A stretch of 64,000 bases of DNA from a virus, in IMG/VR virus record IMGVR_UViG_3300036770_008028, positions 1 to 64,000 of that record; one strand, 5' to 3'. Below, one piece after another: positions 1 through 9,264 of the stretch (positions within the stretch are counted from its first letter, which is position 1; the number at the start of each line of letters is the position of its first letter). The notes beneath the pieces were generated by a model. The model did no database searches and was not told where the DNA came from. It saw only the letters and a list, made by a program, of their open reading frames with translations. The translations under genes were made by a program, and so were the position numbers.

Positions 1-56
1 TACACTGTGCCGAGCACATGATCATAGTAAAATTTCAGTTTGAGATGGTTGGTCAT
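1..56 (-). CDS. 5' end of a gene running off the window (MTNHLKLKFYYDHVLGTV...)
   Basis: ATG at 56-54 overlaps the TAA stop of the radical SAM gene; frame is open to the window edge. Confidence 0.5.
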   Translation of the reverse strand, partial: MTNHLKLKFYYDHVLGTV

Positions 57-1183
57 TAGATCTTCGCTAGTTCTGGCCACAGATCCGTAAATGCCAGTGA
101 GCCGGTATGATACTTATGTTCCATGAGATGGGTGTGTTCGCGGAATCTAGCCGCCATGATTTCCCAGTCCGGATCTAGACTGTCCAATCTTGACAAGACT
201 TGGTCAAAGAAGTTTTGATCGTTAGCGGTCTGGCTGTATCGATCACGATACTGTTGTATCTCTGCACGTGCGAGATCGCGCACCCAAGGAGTATGCATGG
301 CAGGATCTAGCATCTCTGGTTGGAACAAGGTCTGCCAATGTATGTCAAACCCCACAGAATCTGCATATTCTCTGAGTTCGCATAGCCTTGTGCAATTATA
401 GATGTTGTACACTGCATGGATTCCTCCCCAGTGTTTGTGTACTTCGCGCAGATCGGCCACTTTACGCACATTGGTGTCAAGCAAATCCCATTTGCCACCC
501 CACCTCACATACTCGAATCTCTGTCCCACATTGTCAAAACTCATGGACCAACCCACACGCTGGCGTTTGCGCAGTCGTTCCACCACTGGATTATCTCGGA
601 AATCCACGCTCATGTTGGTTATCACGGTCACGATGGCATCACTGGGCAACACTGATATTAACTTACTGTTCTCCCTCAGCAACAGAGGTTCTCCTCCTAC
701 CAGTGCTACTTCTCGCACTCGATCTTGATGTTGCTGGATGAACTCGCAGACCTGTTGGTAATAACTTTTGGTCTCGACTTGATGTCGTATCTTCATCAGC
801 CCGGCCCAACGGCTCGAACACTTTGGCCCGCAGTAATTGCAACTGAGATTGCAAGTGGTATTCCATCGCACGTCGATGATGCTGGGTGCATACTCTCCGG
901 GGTTGGCAGGATCAAAATCTGGATTTACCGAATTGTGCCATTCGCGCTCGCTAGACCCATAACGCTCGGCTTCGATACAGTTGCGGCAATATTGTTCGTG
1001 CAGACGACCTTGGGCAAGATCGGACCTTATGCTGGTCAGCACATCGCTGCTCAAAATTTCAGTGATCGATCGTTCATTGAGATTGCCCAGCATGTTGGGA
1101 TCACCGGCACAACAGGTCTTGACATCACCGCGAGGATTGATGTGCAGTCCTCGCCATGGGGCTGCACAGTATCTTTTGTTCAT
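56..1183 (-). CDS. Radical SAM protein with N-terminal SPASM/twitch-like Cys cluster
   Basis: CNLSCNYC (CxxxCxxC), GGEPLL, N-terminal C..PW...GDVKTCC...CRNC. Confidence 0.85.
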   Translation of the reverse strand: MNKRYCAAPWRGLHINPRGDVKTCCAGDPNMLGNLNERSITEILSSDVLTSIRSDLAQGRLHEQYCRNCIEAERYGSSEREWHNSVNPDFDPANPGEYAPSIIDVRWNTTCNLSCNYCGPKCSSRWAGLMKIRHQVETKSYYQQVCEFIQQHQDRVREVALVGGEPLLLRENSKLISVLPSDAIVTVITNMSVDFRDNPVVERLRKRQRVGWSMSFDNVGQRFEYVRWGGKWDLLDTNVRKVADLREVHKHWGGIHAVYNIYNCTRLCELREYADSVGFDIHWQTLFQPEMLDPAMHTPWVRDLARAEIQQYRDRYSQTANDQNFFDQVLSRLDSLDPDWEIMAARFREHTHLMEHKYHTGSLAFTDLWPELAKI

Positions 1184-1187
1184 GCGG

Positions 1188-1403
1188 TTATTTAATGGGA
1201 GGTTCGCCTGTGAGATAGGGAAGTGAAAACCATAACTGGAACCATTCCGGAGTACCGGGTTGGATGTTGTGTTTGCGCTGTAGTTCGGCTTTTTCTGTGC
1301 CAGTTATGGAAATATTGCTGCCTTCGGCGGTGCGTCGTACACTGTTGCCGTAGCCCGCGGTGCGTATGCCGGCCAGGCGCTGGAGATCTTCAAGACTGAT
1401 CAT
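1188..1403 (-). CDS. Small hypothetical phage protein
   Basis: ORF overlaps the upstream stop (ATGA); phage-like motifs LQRLAGI and IQPGTPEWFQLWF. Confidence 0.7.
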   Translation of the reverse strand: MISLEDLQRLAGIRTAGYGNSVRRTAEGSNISITGTEKAELQRKHNIQPGTPEWFQLWFSLPYLTGEPPIK

Positions 1404-2110
1404 TTTACCGGAAATCTCATACCAGATGCGGCTTCTACTGCTTGCAAGGTGGTCTGGTATTTAGGCAAGTCTGCCACTGGCAAGTTCTCGTTGGGCATCA
1501 AGAAAGCCGTGACGTTACCGGAGTTCTTGTTGATGATGATCTTGAATACCTGTGTGGGCACCGCTACCCCATTGCCAATGGTTTTTGATCCTGGAGCATA
1601 TACAGCGCCCGAGATCACGTAGAGATCTTGTCCTGTGGTGCGCACTGAATCACGTACCTGTAGTTCCAGGATGCGCCAGATGCCACGATTGTTGCCAGGC
1701 ACTTGTGGGATCATATTTGACAGGAAGAAACTCTCGCTCATGATGTCAGCATTCTGCGTGTTGTTGGCAGCAGGTACCAGGTGTCCACGGTCATAACCAG
1801 AGCCAGCATAGTCAGCCATGGTACTACGGCATTCTGGCCGCACAGCAGGATCTTCACGGAAGTCGTTTTTGCGTTGCGCTTTACCATTGACATCTTCTGC
1901 ACTCACATGCTCCATCACCACTACCGGATTCTTCACTGTACAACTATGGATCACTGCATAGTTCTTTTTACAGAGTTGTTGTGTGGTGGGTGACCATTGT
2001 GCTTGAGGAGCACCGTAGGCTGTAAACTGTGGGCATTCCTTGTTGATGTCAGCCCAGGCTGATCCCATCATGGTAAAGACTAGAACAACAGCGGCGACTA
2101 TGTTTTTCAT
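1400..2110 (-). CDS. DNA/RNA non-specific endonuclease (NucA/EndoG family) with signal peptide
   Basis: YDRGHLVPA, ESFFLSNMIPQ, NRGIWRILE; start MKNIVAAVVLVFTMMGSAWA at 2110 with GGAG RBS. Confidence 0.9.
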   Translation of the reverse strand: MKNIVAAVVLVFTMMGSAWADINKECPQFTAYGAPQAQWSPTTQQLCKKNYAVIHSCTVKNPVVVMEHVSAEDVNGKAQRKNDFREDPAVRPECRSTMADYAGSGYDRGHLVPAANNTQNADIMSESFFLSNMIPQVPGNNRGIWRILELQVRDSVRTTGQDLYVISGAVYAPGSKTIGNGVAVPTQVFKIIINKNSGNVTAFLMPNENLPVADLPKYQTTLQAVEAASGMRFPVK

Positions 2111-2120
2111 TGATTCTCCA

Positions 2121-3437
2121 TTAGCTTGAAAGTTCAGCCCAACCAAGGTTCCATATAGCATTGGGATTGTTGCTGGTGGTTTGCACACACAGGGTCAGTG
2201 TGGATGGCGTTCCATCCACATCACGATCCAGTTGTAGTCGACGTTGTACATCAGGATCAAGATTGATGGCTTCTCTGCTGGCAAACAACTTGCTGTACAC
2301 CACGGTTCCGCCAGAGATAGCATTGGCGGCCACGTCAGTCTGTACCACACTGTTGGCAACATTGCCAAAACTGGCGCCGGTCAGGGTGCCATTTTTGATC
2401 AAAAGTATCTCTCCGTATACCACAGATGTGGTCAAGAAATCCACTGCTGCCGGTAGTACCACAGCATCAGGATAGGCAGGATTCAATCTTATTGATGCCA
2501 AAGGTTCGATAGTATCATCGGGTCCCAGAGTCTGTGCAGGCAAACTGCTGCGTACATATTGTACTGTGGGAGTGGGGGTGTAGCCACCTTCTGAAATCAC
2601 TGTGCTACAGATCTGTTTCATGGTGGGCGTGCCCGATGTGGTTCCCGTGTTTTCTATTTCATAGCGACAGTTCAGACTGGCAGTGGTCATGTATACGGCT
2701 GTTTCTTGATTGGCGTGGTTGAACACATGGCAGATATAAAACACACCATTGATCACGAAACCTGTGCGTACCGATCCTACTCCTAGCCATTCGATATCAC
2801 ACCAAAAAATCTGTGTTTTGGTAGGATCCAGAGTGATGCCCGATGGACCTGTGCCGTCCATGGGGTCTTGGTTCCAGTCGGTCTGAGCGATGCGGGTGTT
2901 GACGGGGGATCCTGTTACTGAACTGCGGATCACTAGATAGAGATCTTCTCCATCGGCTTCGAAGTAGATGCCGTTGCCGGAGGTAAAATATCCTACTCGC
3001 TGGCGCAGGTTTTCTTGCAGAGCACTCATGGCAAAGGTATTCAGGATCAACAGGCTTTTACCGGGCTGATACAGTTGCACCGTGCGACTCTGACGATAGA
3101 TATAATCGCCACTGGTACTGCCAATCGCGAGATCAAAACTGCTTTCGTTGATCACGTAGTTTACAGAGGCCGTTCCTGAAGTCTTAGAAGCGAACTGGTC
3201 GCCTGAGATGTATCGATTCTGTGAATCAAACAGCGTGAATGGTTCTGATATACGGGTGCGGCCAAACGCATCGGATCCGGTATTGCCGTTGATCACTGTG
3301 TTGCCATAGCCCGACGAACCCGTTGACACCCTGATGATGGGCTGCCCAGCAGCATTGTAATCCATGGCCTGATGGAGGTCGTTCAACTGATAGTTGGGCC
3401 ATGGATGCTGGTAGTCAGTGGGTCCTTGTATGCTCAT
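2121..3437 (-). CDS. Putative virion structural protein (beta-rich)
   Basis: 438 aa, T/S/G-rich, DAFGR.R.SEPFTLFDS motif seen in large-phage structural proteins. Confidence 0.6.
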   Translation of the reverse strand: MSIQGPTDYQHPWPNYQLNDLHQAMDYNAAGQPIIRVSTGSSGYGNTVINGNTGSDAFGRTRISEPFTLFDSQNRYISGDQFASKTSGTASVNYVINESSFDLAIGSTSGDYIYRQSRTVQLYQPGKSLLILNTFAMSALQENLRQRVGYFTSGNGIYFEADGEDLYLVIRSSVTGSPVNTRIAQTDWNQDPMDGTGPSGITLDPTKTQIFWCDIEWLGVGSVRTGFVINGVFYICHVFNHANQETAVYMTTASLNCRYEIENTGTTSGTPTMKQICSTVISEGGYTPTPTVQYVRSSLPAQTLGPDDTIEPLASIRLNPAYPDAVVLPAAVDFLTTSVVYGEILLIKNGTLTGASFGNVANSVVQTDVAANAISGGTVVYSKLFASREAINLDPDVQRRLQLDRDVDGTPSTLTLCVQTTSNNPNAIWNLGWAELSS

Positions 3438-3465
3438 CTTTATTCGTTTGTATTTTACTTATCTT

Positions 3466-4272
3466 TTATAGATTCCATTTGCTTGCGAGATAACTTTCGA
3501 TATTGATAATCTCAGATGCTGTCAGCGTCCTACTGTACATGATGAGCTCGCCGATATCGCCAGCAAACGGTAAAGTGGTATCCGGTCTAGACCCTACGAA
3601 AAGACTGGTGCTACTGTTCAGACTGATGTTGCCGACCGGAGTGATTTCGTTGAGCGTGCTGGTCACGCCATCAACATCCACAGTAAGCCTATTGCCCACG
3701 CTCTGGGTACCATCAAACACTATGGTATGATAATGCCAGGAGGTATCTGCGGTGTTGCCAGTGACATAACCGTTGGCTATGTAATAACTGAACTTTTGCG
3801 AAGTGTCTGTGCTGACACCAAATCCCAGCTCACTATCTCCAGTGGCATTTGTTTCTATCATGCGTTGCGTGGTCGTGGCATCATATTTGGCCACTACAAA
3901 CATGGTCATGCCTGTGAGATTGTCTACAGTGCCAGTGAACGGATTGGCAGTGAGCCGGTCTCCACCGTCAAAACTCAAAGCACTGAGTCCGTTCTGTTGA
4001 TTGGTCGCGTAAGTGGGTCGTAGAGTCAATGACCCACCGTCGGGATTGAGATTGTGTGCATAAGCCGATCGGTCGTTCCACTGTGTGATGGTCTGACCGT
4101 TGGTTCGGCCTGTGGGTTGCATGTAGGTGTTTACTGAAGCATCATACCAGATCTGCAGGATCGTGGGAGCATCCGGAGCCACATCACCAGGATCGGGTTC
4201 TGCGGGAGCACTGGCCACATACCGACGGTTTAGGGTTCCCAGGCCACGACCGCGGTAGAACCGCGAGACCAT
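3466..4272 (-). CDS. LamG/concanavalin A-like domain protein
   Basis: WYDAS...WNDRS, FDGGD, F.GDIGELIMYSRTLTASEI..IESYLASKW. Confidence 0.75.
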   Translation of the reverse strand: MVSRFYRGRGLGTLNRRYVASAPAEPDPGDVAPDAPTILQIWYDASVNTYMQPTGRTNGQTITQWNDRSAYAHNLNPDGGSLTLRPTYATNQQNGLSALSFDGGDRLTANPFTGTVDNLTGMTMFVVAKYDATTTQRMIETNATGDSELGFGVSTDTSQKFSYYIANGYVTGNTADTSWHYHTIVFDGTQSVGNRLTVDVDGVTSTLNEITPVGNISLNSSTSLFVGSRPDTTLPFAGDIGELIMYSRTLTASEIINIESYLASKWNL

Positions 4273-4565
4273 CAGGCTAACTCCGTTACCGTGATCCGGC
4301 CAGCCTGGCTGACCTGTAGGAATGCCACTTTCTCTCCTGCCGTCACGGCAAAAAATTCTACCGAGCCCGCAGGCATCATGGCGCTGTTGGCAGTGGCAGT
4401 GGGATCACTGCCAACAGCCACGTAAGTATCTTGATTCACGGCCACACGCACTATGCTCACAGTGCTGCTCATAGCTGCGCTCTGCTGGCTGGCACCGGTG
4501 GTGGTGTATCCATAACTAGTACCTGGAATATAGGCGCCTTTGCGGACTGTTAGTACTGTGGACAT
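4272..4565 (-). CDS. Small hypothetical protein, probably structural
   Basis: Translationally coupled ORF; beta-strand-rich. Confidence 0.65.
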   Translation of the reverse strand: MSTVLTVRKGAYIPGTSYGYTTTGASQQSAAMSSTVSIVRVAVNQDTYVAVGSDPTATANSAMMPAGSVEFFAVTAGEKVAFLQVSQAGRITVTELA

Positions 4566-4936
4566 TATCTAGGATATCCTTGGAATCCTTTTACCGGACT
4601 CTGTTTGTTTACTTCAGGATGTTCTCGGCTGCCATGATCAGGTACTGTGTGATCATATTCGGTATCTACTGTGCCAAAGGCCTGACGCATCATGTTGTGT
4701 TCGGCCTCGGTGTAAGGATGTGCTGTGTTGTAGCGATCATTCCAGGAACTGGCATCCATATCTACTGGGCGGGTGCTCTGGCCATCAGCGCAGGCTGCTG
4801 CCATCATGATGCGGTTGAGATTATAAGCACGATCTATACCCGAGTCTCGGAATCGCCAAGTACCCGGCATGGCTTTCTGGGCTGTTTTGCGCAGACGACC
4901 CTGATGCTTTTCTGCGAGGAATTCACGTGCTCTCAT
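4565..4936 (-). CDS. Putative internal head protein, paralog A (MRAREFLAE)
   Basis: Paralog of 4933-5304; N-terminus resembles T4 capsid-targeting sequence. Confidence 0.6.
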   Translation of the reverse strand: MRAREFLAEKHQGRLRKTAQKAMPGTWRFRDSGIDRAYNLNRIMMAAACADGQSTRPVDMDASSWNDRYNTAHPYTEAEHNMMRQAFGTVDTEYDHTVPDHGSREHPEVNKQSPVKGFQGYPR

Positions 4937-5304
4937 CGAGGATATCCTTTGAATCCCACGATGGGACTGCGATCGTTGCCGCCTGGCGGCTCTTCTGAAT
5001 CAAGATCGCCTTTGTTTAAGTCCTTGTATGTGGCGCCCACTGCTTTATAGGCCTGTTTGAGGATTTCTACTTCTTCTTCAGTATAAGGGTGTGCGGATCG
5101 GGCCTTACCGATCCAACTTTCTGCATCAAGATCAGGTTCAAATGTGCCATCGGTCATGGCCGCTGCCATCATGAGCCTGTTCAAGGTATAGGTAGAATTC
5201 TGTCTGCGAGCATCACCGAACAGATGCAGACCAACCGTGCCCGACTGCTGGCGCTTGGTTATCTTGCCTCGCTTGATCTCGGCGATGAATTCTCGGGCTC
5301 GCAC
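4933..5304 (-). CDS. Putative internal head protein, paralog B (MRAREFIAE)
   Basis: Same length (123 aa); shared motifs LNR.MMAAA, AHPYTE, GF.GYPR. Confidence 0.6.
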   Translation of the reverse strand: MRAREFIAEIKRGKITKRQQSGTVGLHLFGDARRQNSTYTLNRLMMAAAMTDGTFEPDLDAESWIGKARSAHPYTEEEVEILKQAYKAVGATYKDLNKGDLDSEEPPGGNDRSPIVGFKGYPR

Positions 5305-5306
5305 GA

Positions 5307-5579
5307 TCAGGCGCTCCTTACTGATACGGCGCCCGAACTTGTTGTACCAATCTCAGTGGCAGTGCAATTGCCTGTCACTGTGAGTTCATTGCCTACTCCT
5401 ACCCATACATCAGTCTGCCAGTTAGCCGGGATGCCAGCAGGTACCGAAAACAGATTGCCAGTGGTTGGTGTACCTGTGACGATATTCACTTGATATGCGC
5501 AGGCTTCTTCGGTAGCGATGCGGGCCTTGTCTGTGCCCCAGACTTGATTGGTAGGTGAAACGTATACATTTACGGGCAT
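5307..5579 (-). CDS. Hypothetical protein
   Basis: Start MPVNVY with AAGGA RBS. Confidence 0.6.
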   Translation of the reverse strand: MPVNVYVSPTNQVWGTDKARIATEEACAYQVNIVTGTPTTGNLFSVPAGIPANWQTDVWVGVGNELTVTGNCTATEIGTTSSGAVSVRSA

Positions 5580-5593
5580 TGTTATTTTCCTTG

Positions 5594-6811
5594 TTACCAC
5601 ATACGACACGACCAATATCGTGCGGTTGTACGATCTTTGGCGGTGTCACAGCGATGACGTGCGCGGAAACTACGGCGCCTTGCAGGATCGGATTTCTTGA
5701 TACTCAGTGTTTTTTCTCCGGCACGCTTGGCCGACTTGCCGCCGTGACCAAAGTTCACTTTTTTCACGTTGCCGGTCTTGGGATCTTTCACATAGACCTT
5801 GAACTTCTTGACATCTCCACGCATGGGTTTGCCCAGAGGCACTTTACGACCTTGGTATTCGGCTTCGTCCAAATCTCTGCCACCGTATTCGTCAACTATC
5901 TTATCCCACAGCATTTCAATCATCTTGTCATCATCGTTCATCACATCGTTCATGCCTTTGGATGCTAGCTCGTCTTTAAGTTCTTCCATCATGTTTTTCA
6001 GTACATCTGCTGTGCCTGGGCCTAACTCACCTTCTAGGGCAGCGATTAGATCTTCCTCGTCACCTCGATTGGCTAGGCTCTGCAGATCTATATCAATCTC
6101 GCTCATCATGCCTTCATCGATGGTCGCGGCTGTAGTGGGATCTTTCATCGTGCCCACAGGCGCTAGATCTGCGGCCTTGGCGGCCAATGGATCAGTATGA
6201 GCAGCATTGTTATAGGTAGTGACTGGCTGGTCTTCTTCTACTTTTTTGTAACCGGCCAGTTCCAGCATGCGATCCATGAAATCTTCTTCCACGGCTTGTT
6301 GTTCATTGACTTCTTCATCGCCGGCATAGAGTTCCACGATGCGATCCATCAAGATGTCAAGATTACGATACACATCATTTTGGAAGTTCTGACCACGGCG
6401 TTCCATTTCTGTCTCGATCTCATCCATCATGTGTTTGAGATATTCAGCAGTTTTGGGACCCATGTCGCCTTGCAGCGCACCTATCAGTTCGCCTGGATCT
6501 TGATTTTGTGCTATCTGTCTTAGATCCAGATCAATCTCGGCCATCACTCCTTCGGCCAGAGAGAATCCCGTGGCGCGACTCGAACCCACCGGACCGTAAC
6601 GTGCGATACGTTCTGACAGCATGCCTCTCTGATCCATGGCATCAAATGCTGATTCTGATATCGCCAGCACTATGCGCCGACCATCAGACTCTACAACCTG
6701 CGCTTCGACCAATTCATCAGGAGCCACCTCGATGTCAAGGTCGTCTCCTTCACGTGGTGTGTCGGCCCACTGTTCTGACTCAGTGAGATAATCTCGCAGA
6801 GTTTTCATCAT
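5594..6811 (-). CDS. Acidic multi-module protein with internal duplication and basic C-terminal DUF6321-like domain; putative head protein
   Basis: MKTLRDYLTE N-terminus; C-terminal AEYQGRKVPLGKP...KKFKVYVKDPKTGNVKKVNFG...ARYWSC. Confidence 0.65.
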   Translation of the reverse strand: MMKTLRDYLTESEQWADTPREGDDLDIEVAPDELVEAQVVESDGRRIVLAISESAFDAMDQRGMLSERIARYGPVGSSRATGFSLAEGVMAEIDLDLRQIAQNQDPGELIGALQGDMGPKTAEYLKHMMDEIETEMERRGQNFQNDVYRNLDILMDRIVELYAGDEEVNEQQAVEEDFMDRMLELAGYKKVEEDQPVTTYNNAAHTDPLAAKAADLAPVGTMKDPTTAATIDEGMMSEIDIDLQSLANRGDEEDLIAALEGELGPGTADVLKNMMEELKDELASKGMNDVMNDDDKMIEMLWDKIVDEYGGRDLDEAEYQGRKVPLGKPMRGDVKKFKVYVKDPKTGNVKKVNFGHGGKSAKRAGEKTLSIKKSDPARRRSFRARHRCDTAKDRTTARYWSCRMW

Positions 6812-8622
6812 GAAATCCTTTTGTAGAGATCCATGAGACGAGTTTCTAGTTTTTGTTCAATATCTTCTGCCATGGCACCAAGATTGACTTGACCCGAAGG
6901 ACCTTTGCCGAGATTGCGCATGGCCAGAGGATTATCACCCATGTTGTTGGGATTGACCTGCAGTTTGGGACCGTTGAGTCCACCGGAGATCGTATTAGTG
7001 ATGTAGTCTGTGTCCATGACTTCTGTGTCATCACCAGAGTTGGCTAGATCTTCTTCCATGCGGCAGCGACCTTCGTGCATTTCTCCGCAGGAAGGGCATG
7101 CGTCATGATAGTGACTGGCTGACTCCATGCCGGCCAGTTTGAGAATCTGTGCTAATTTTACAGCATCTTCATCGGTGGCACTGACCGATAGGCTTTTCTT
7201 GCCGTTTTCATCCATGCTCATGTTGATGCTCATACCTTCGGTAAGCATACCGAGTTTGCGTTCAAAACTTTCTGCGATCTGGCCTTCGTATACACCTTTG
7301 CCAAACTGCATGCCGCCCTTCTTAGACTTGGGTGCTTGCTCGGCTGTGGCCACTGAACCTGCCACAGTGGTTTCTTCCACTTCTTCTTTGTCTTCTTCTT
7401 TGGCCTTTTCAGGCAGACCTTTTTCTTTGGTCTTGGCAAACTTTTTCAGTTCTTTGCTGGGCATGTCGGCCATCTCTTTGGAAGCACCGCGCAGTTCACT
7501 CTTGGGGATGTCGCCTTTTTTAGCAGCATAAGCGATGCCGGCAGCGGCACGCTGGGCCTTGCTGACAGCTTTTTCGGCCATGAACTCTTCGTCATCCACT
7601 TCTACATCTACATCCATCTCTTCTTCGTCAGGATTGGCTTTCATGTAGTCGCGGGCTGAATCGATGTATTCTTTGGCCAGCACTATCTTCTTCTGCACCC
7701 ACTCTGGCAAGTTCTCATCATCGTCCAGGATGTCCTGCAGTTCTCGGGCAGCGTCTTCAATGGTGCGGGCCTGGCTCTTGGCCATCTCGCCTTCTTCATC
7801 GTACTCGTCTTTGTCGTAGTCTTCTTCCATGCGCATCAGTTTGCTACGACCCGAGGGGCCTTTGGCTCCCAGGCTACGCTTTGAACCCTTGGGGCGACCA
7901 CGGCCTCGCTTCACAACATTGCCTTCCGCATCCTGCTCTTCAGGAGCATCCACAGGTTCCAGTGTCGTGACTCTGCGGCGACCATCTAATTCTTGATAGC
8001 GTTTGCGGGTGCCATCCTTGAATGTCACAACATAGTCATCGCTGCGACCTTCTACTTCGGCACCGATGCCACGATACTGCGCTTTCTTGTCCATGAACTC
8101 CACATAGCCTTCGTCCATGCGTTTTTCATCAGAAGTGTCTCCAGTGACACGGTATACCTTGTCGTTCAATCGGAAGGTGGGTTTGCCTGCTTTGATAGCA
8201 GCCATACGAGCCTGTGTAAATTCGTTGCCTTCTTCTACATCTGCTTCGTCGATACTTTCTTTGGCACGCAGTTTGGCCAGCACGGCACCGGCCACTTTCT
8301 CGCCACGCTCTTTGCTACCATAACGTTTGGCGGCATCAGCAGCGATTTTACTAAACTGCTTGCCAGGTTTGCCGATGTCCTTGCCAGCACGTGCGGCCTT
8401 GGCCGAATAGTTACTTTCGTCCGTGAGCGATGATACCACTGCACTGGCCGCACCTCTCAAGGCCGTCGCTGCCAAGGGTCCAAGCTCTTTGACCTGTTGC
8501 TTGGCAGCCTGGCTGATGGGCTCTTCACGATCTCCATCACGGTCGATGTCGGGAAAATCTGGTTTGCTGCCTTTGCCTTCCAGCAGTTTCATTTTGTTGA
8601 GTATATCATACATGTTGTTCAT
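6808..8622 (-). CDS. Multi-module charged protein with AT-hook and DUF3008-like module; putative head/core polyprotein
   Basis: KRGRGRPKG; AVSKAQRAAAGIAYAAKKG...ELRGASKEM...KGLPEK. Confidence 0.65.
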   Translation of the reverse strand: MNNMYDILNKMKLLEGKGSKPDFPDIDRDGDREEPISQAAKQQVKELGPLAATALRGAASAVVSSLTDESNYSAKAARAGKDIGKPGKQFSKIAADAAKRYGSKERGEKVAGAVLAKLRAKESIDEADVEEGNEFTQARMAAIKAGKPTFRLNDKVYRVTGDTSDEKRMDEGYVEFMDKKAQYRGIGAEVEGRSDDYVVTFKDGTRKRYQELDGRRRVTTLEPVDAPEEQDAEGNVVKRGRGRPKGSKRSLGAKGPSGRSKLMRMEEDYDKDEYDEEGEMAKSQARTIEDAARELQDILDDDENLPEWVQKKIVLAKEYIDSARDYMKANPDEEEMDVDVEVDDEEFMAEKAVSKAQRAAAGIAYAAKKGDIPKSELRGASKEMADMPSKELKKFAKTKEKGLPEKAKEEDKEEVEETTVAGSVATAEQAPKSKKGGMQFGKGVYEGQIAESFERKLGMLTEGMSINMSMDENGKKSLSVSATDEDAVKLAQILKLAGMESASHYHDACPSCGEMHEGRCRMEEDLANSGDDTEVMDTDYITNTISGGLNGPKLQVNPNNMGDNPLAMRNLGKGPSGQVNLGAMAEDIEQKLETRLMDLYKRIS

Positions 8623-8632
8623 TGCAAGATCC

Positions 8633-9235
8633 TTATTTCTGGAAGCCAGTGGCTGGTCGGGGCGGTCGTTTGACCGTGGTCATGGGGCTTTTCACACCCA
8701 TGGGCAAATCGTTAGTGGTTTCAGCCGGAGGTGTACGTCCACCAGCCACGGTCCATGTGGCCTCGGCCGCTGAGTTCTTGACCACTTCTTTGTCTGCACC
8801 CACTGCCGAATAATCTTTCTTAAGATCGTTTTGCTCTTTGGTATTGGCAGGATACGGTGTGTTCAGCAAAGGATCGCCCTGTGTTTCTATGCCCATGAGT
8901 TCGCGATCCATGCCTTCGGCCCAGTTCAGTTGATTGGTGCAGATGCGATCGGCATTCAGTCCCAACAACTCTGCGATCTGTTGTATTTGTGGAGGAGTGG
9001 CCGGATAACGCACAGTGACATCGATCATGGTCACACGTTCATTTGCGAAGGCTGGAAAGTCCTGCGGACGGCTCAGTATGGGGGTCTTCTTGGGTTCAGA
9101 AATCTTCACAGGATCAAACTTTTTGAGTTTTTCCTGGAACTGCTTCATGAACTCAGAGTCCACGTCACCCACGATTTTGATGCGATAATCGAAGGTTTTT
9201 TCGCTTTCTGTGAGGTATTGGGCAAGTGTTTTCAT
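8633..9235 (-). CDS. Hypothetical late protein (MKTLAQYLTE)
   Basis: TAAATA and AGGA RBS upstream; capsid-targeting-like N-terminus. Confidence 0.65.
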   Translation of the reverse strand: MKTLAQYLTESEKTFDYRIKIVGDVDSEFMKQFQEKLKKFDPVKISEPKKTPILSRPQDFPAFANERVTMIDVTVRYPATPPQIQQIAELLGLNADRICTNQLNWAEGMDRELMGIETQGDPLLNTPYPANTKEQNDLKKDYSAVGADKEVVKNSAAEATWTVAGGRTPPAETTNDLPMGVKSPMTTVKRPPRPATGFQK

Positions 9236-9264
9236 TTGGGGTTCCTATCGTATATTTAGCGTGA

